From the human T2T-CHM13v2.0 reference genome, Homo sapiens, in assembly GCF_009914755.1 (NCBI RefSeq), contig NC_060926.1: a stretch of DNA of 64,000 bases. One strand, 5' to 3'. How positions within the stretch are numbered: the stretch's first letter is position 1; each line of letters starts with the position of its first letter. The translations under genes were made by a program, and so were the position numbers. Under the pieces are notes generated by a model. That model was not told the origin of the DNA and made no database searches. It worked only from the letters and a program-made list of their open reading frames with translations. This document shows positions 60,697 through 64,000 of the stretch, in pieces.

Positions 60697-60809
60697 AGAT
60701 GTAGTGTAGACTCACAACACTTTGTAACTCAGCAAAGTTTGTGTCGTGCTGATGTGGTTCTATTATCATTCCTGGTATGCTTTATTTTCTACTTTATTTA
60801 GATATTTAT

Positions 60810-60945
60810 GTTTTCTTTTCTTTTTGTAGAGATGGGATCTCACTGTGTTGATCAGCCTGGTTTCAAACTTTTGGCCTCAAGTGAGCCTCCCGCCTTGGCC
60901 TCCCAAGGTGCTAGTATTAGAGGTATTAGACGCTGCATCCAGGTT
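60810..60945 (-). mobile_element. FLAM / AluJ left monomer
   Basis: TTTGTAGAGATGGGATCTCACTGTGTT...GCCTTGGCCTCCCAAGGTGCT. Confidence 0.8.
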
Positions 60946-62581
60946 ATTTATTTATTTATGTAGCATCAGCAACAAAGCTTCATTCTTCTTTAGTAGCTAA
61001 TGTGTGTTTACAATCAAATGTCCTTCTTCCCACGCCTGCTTATGTTCACTGTTTCACCAACACCCCTGTGTTCTAAGAAGAATGATAAAAGATAAACGAG
61101 TCCAGGAGAGTTATGCAGTTTCTGTTTGTTTACCACAAGTATGTTTTTGATGGCCAAAAAAGAACCCACAAGAAATGTATGTTTTCAGGGCAATTACTTC
61201 TTTAAAAAAATGTCCCCCAGAGGACATGCTTTATCCGCTTACATTATTCTAGGATTGTCATCCACTGAAAAGTAAAAGATAGTTTCTCAAGTGCCTGCCA
61301 ACTAAACGGCAGTAAAGAGTAACTTTTTTACCTTTCAAAAGCAATGACTGAGAGGGCCACAGAATGCTGTCATCCATCAGTTTGCCAGGAAAGAAACATC
61401 CATAGAAAAGTTCATATACTGTTGGCACTGCTTAATTACAATTCAGATCATCTGTGTAACCATAGAACCCACCAAATATTTGCTCTAATATTTTCTGACA
61501 TAGAAAAAATTGAATTCAGAGGTTCTGTTTTCCCAACATAATGGTGAAAATGTATAGTGTTATTTTCCTTTCTTCCTCTTTTACTGTACTTAGCGGTTTC
61601 TGCATTGGCAGGTTCTGAATGGGAAAGGACTAAAATGGTGGCAGAGGAAGCTTTGTTGTTTTTGTCTTCATTGTTTTCTTTCCTGGAGATAGTAAGTCTT
61701 AATCCAATAGTCAAAAACATTTTTGAATATATAGTTTATGCACTGTTTTAGGTATTACTGGATGTACAAAATCAATATACAACAAATCCTCTACTCTCAC
61801 AGACTTCACAGTTTAGCTGGGGAGATGAAATTAACAAAATTAAAATATACATGTGGTAAATTGTTTAGTTCTATTAGTTATAATAAAAAAGAAAATATAG
61901 TCAGAGCTTGAACAACTCAAATCAGCAAAATTTATTAAGTGCTTTTTTTTCCCTTTGCACCACACTGACCTTTCATGAGATTTGAGAACAAAAATGACAC
62001 TTGAATCAGCCATAACAAATGGATTAGATGTGAATGAACAGGGGATTAGCAAAAAACGTTATAGGCAAAAGGTGCAGCATGATTAAGAAATGATTAAGTG
62101 GTGAAGTATACTTTGTAATATGGTGTTGAGATATTAACTGATTTCTCAAAGTTTGTATTGATTTTTTAAGTCCTCTAAAGATATCACTGGGACAGAAAGA
62201 AGACAAATACAAAATGTATCCCTTCACGCCATGAACATCGTCAGGTTCCTTTTGTTTATTTCTGCTGTTTTAAAATTTACTCAATATTTATCTCAGTATG
62301 GACTCTTAAGTACTTATTTTCTACTTTGGTTTATAATAATACTCTATTATTAGTTTCATTGCATTCCAGCTTTGACTAGTGGTAGCTTTCTCAAATTGAT
62401 TTCTATGTCCCTTTGACACCGCCTATCCCTTTGGTTTTTGACTATTTCCTTTCTTTCCAAAACTCTTAAGATGTTCCTGACTCATGTTTTATTTTCCCTG
62501 CCCTCATCCTAGATTCAGCCATGTCTCCAGGACACCTGGGTAAGTTTATTAGAGCATGGTATTCAGAAGTTGCTGGGTACA

Positions 62582-63104
62582 TGTAGGGTCCCTCAGTTAC
62601 CTCCCCATCCTCCCCCACATGCACTGCATTTCTTTGTCCTGACTGGTGCCTTGAGCTCTCTGTGACCTGGCCAGTGATATATTTTCTCCAGCAGGCCTGG
62701 ACCCAAGTTGGGGCCTGGAAGGCACCAAGGAACATTCTGAGGTAATGATAAAATTGTTTAGGTTGTTGCCTGAAATATTGAAAGGTCAAACATGTTCCTA
62801 GAAACTGATCCCAGGCCTGAGTCAAATTCTTTAAAACATCTTATTAACCCCCAAATCTTACTCTCTCCTGATGTACATACCTGGGCCGAACATCTGCTTT
62901 CTCACTGTCCATCTCAAGGACACTGCAGCCCCTAATGTAAGTTCCCCTAATGAATGCTGTGGACTGCTTACCCTGGTGTTTAGTGCTTCTTTGTTTGGGA
63001 TTCCAACTGGCCTCATCTTGGGATGGTTTGAGGCAATCTCTTATAGGAGCTCCCCTGCCACCACTTTTGGGATGACTCTAGCCACAAGTCTGCTGGACAG
63101 AACA
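62582..63104 (+). mobile_element. ERV-L class 5' LTR (LTR53/MER73/MER74-type)
   Basis: TGTAGGGTCC start, GTAAGTTCCCCTAATGAATGC (degenerate polyA signal), GGACAGAACA end, followed by a PBS-like motif. Confidence 0.7.
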
Positions 63105-64000
63105 ATTAAAGTAGTATACAGGATTCCAAAGAAATGGGATGGGGAAAAGAGGAATAAACCAGAAAGATCCTGGGATAGCGGCAAGGGTTTATGTTGGACC
63201 CTCTTTCCCACCTGCTGGATACTGTGGGCTGCATTGGGAGTTGCTCCAAAAGTTCTAACAGGTTTGAGTAGCCTAATGGAGGGTTTGAAATTACACATGG
63301 CCAACAAGGAAGCCTGGCTCTTAGCAGCAGGAATAGGCTGGCCTCTGCTGTGGCAGTCCATCTGGATTATTCAGGCTCGGCTGGTGGCCAAAAACAAGGT
63401 GTACATGTTAGAGGAGGAATTATAACCAGAAAGGGACATGCATTACACTCTGTTATTTATAGACATGGAGGGCAAAATGGAAGAAGGAAAGGCTTGGCTG
63501 CACACACTGACATGCTACTATGCTTAACTTTTTGTGATGAGAAAATGTGTGTGTTCGTGCCGTTGTCCAGAGCCCTTACTGGAATAATAAAAAATAAAAT
63601 CCATTAGAAAGTGAAAGTGAATCTGAGAACTGGATAGAAATGATGGATTCAGAAAAGAAGGACTAAGGGGCACATTTGAGGGCTCGATCCCTCAGACTAA
63701 ATTGAAACAAAGCTACCAGGCAGGCATGCAAAGACCCCCACCACCTGCCAATCAAACTTATTCCTTGTGCAGATATCCTCCAGTGAAGTTGATTGATCTG
63801 TCTATCCCCTTTTCCGCAGAACCCAAAAGCAGTCTTTAGCTGCTTGGCTGGTAAAATTATGGGATAGTGGTGCTGATGGGGTGGTTCTATCTGGAAATGA
63901 GGAAAAAAGGTTAGCAATGTTACCGCACATCCGTGCATCAGGCAACACCTATGTGATCTCCCTGCTATTGCAGAGAATCATTCCTTGATGGACTGGACCA
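63105..64000 (+). pseudogene. Degraded ERV-L internal region (PBS remnant plus gag fragments), running off the window end
   Basis: PBS-like TAAAGTAGTATACAGGAT; translations ..AAGIGWPLL..VYMLEEEL* and SLAAWLVKLWDSGADGVVLSGNE (from 63833) resemble ERV-L gag; stops and frameshifts. Confidence 0.7.

Overview
Primate genomic DNA, almost certainly human: it carries an Alu with the AluYg6 diagnostic pattern and a near-consensus AluY. It is AT-rich and gene-poor, and no credible protein-coding exon is visible. The listed ORFs come from Alu, L1, simple repeats or chance, except one degraded ERV-L gag segment. The left ~3.3 kb is a GC/CpG-enriched promoter of a minus-strand gene I cannot name. It has a good RE1/NRSE (REST) site, a TCACGTAA CRE-like element, a GC box, (GGA)n and (GA)n tracts and several minus-strand 5' splice sites, which suggests a neuronal gene with non-coding 5' exons. 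A well-formed plus-strand intron just upstream suggests a divergent spliced lncRNA. The remaining ~60 kb is upstream/intergenic sequence dominated by transposons: MIR, L2, old L1M, MLT1, LTR47, LTR16/33, MER4, MER41, MER34, LTR2, an ERV-L 5' LTR plus gag at the right edge, MER30/MER96B/MER102 DNA transposons and ~15 Alu-family elements. I did not find a convincingly new biological system. The best leads are the bidirectional REST/CRE promoter with a possible divergent lncRNA, young Alus (one apparently at a deletion), a decapitated Alu beside an inverted Alu, a collapsed MER4 provirus and an LTR2 carrying HIF-type motifs. Repeat subfamily names are from recalled consensus sequences and need RepeatMasker/Dfam confirmation. 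Boundaries of old repeats are approximate.
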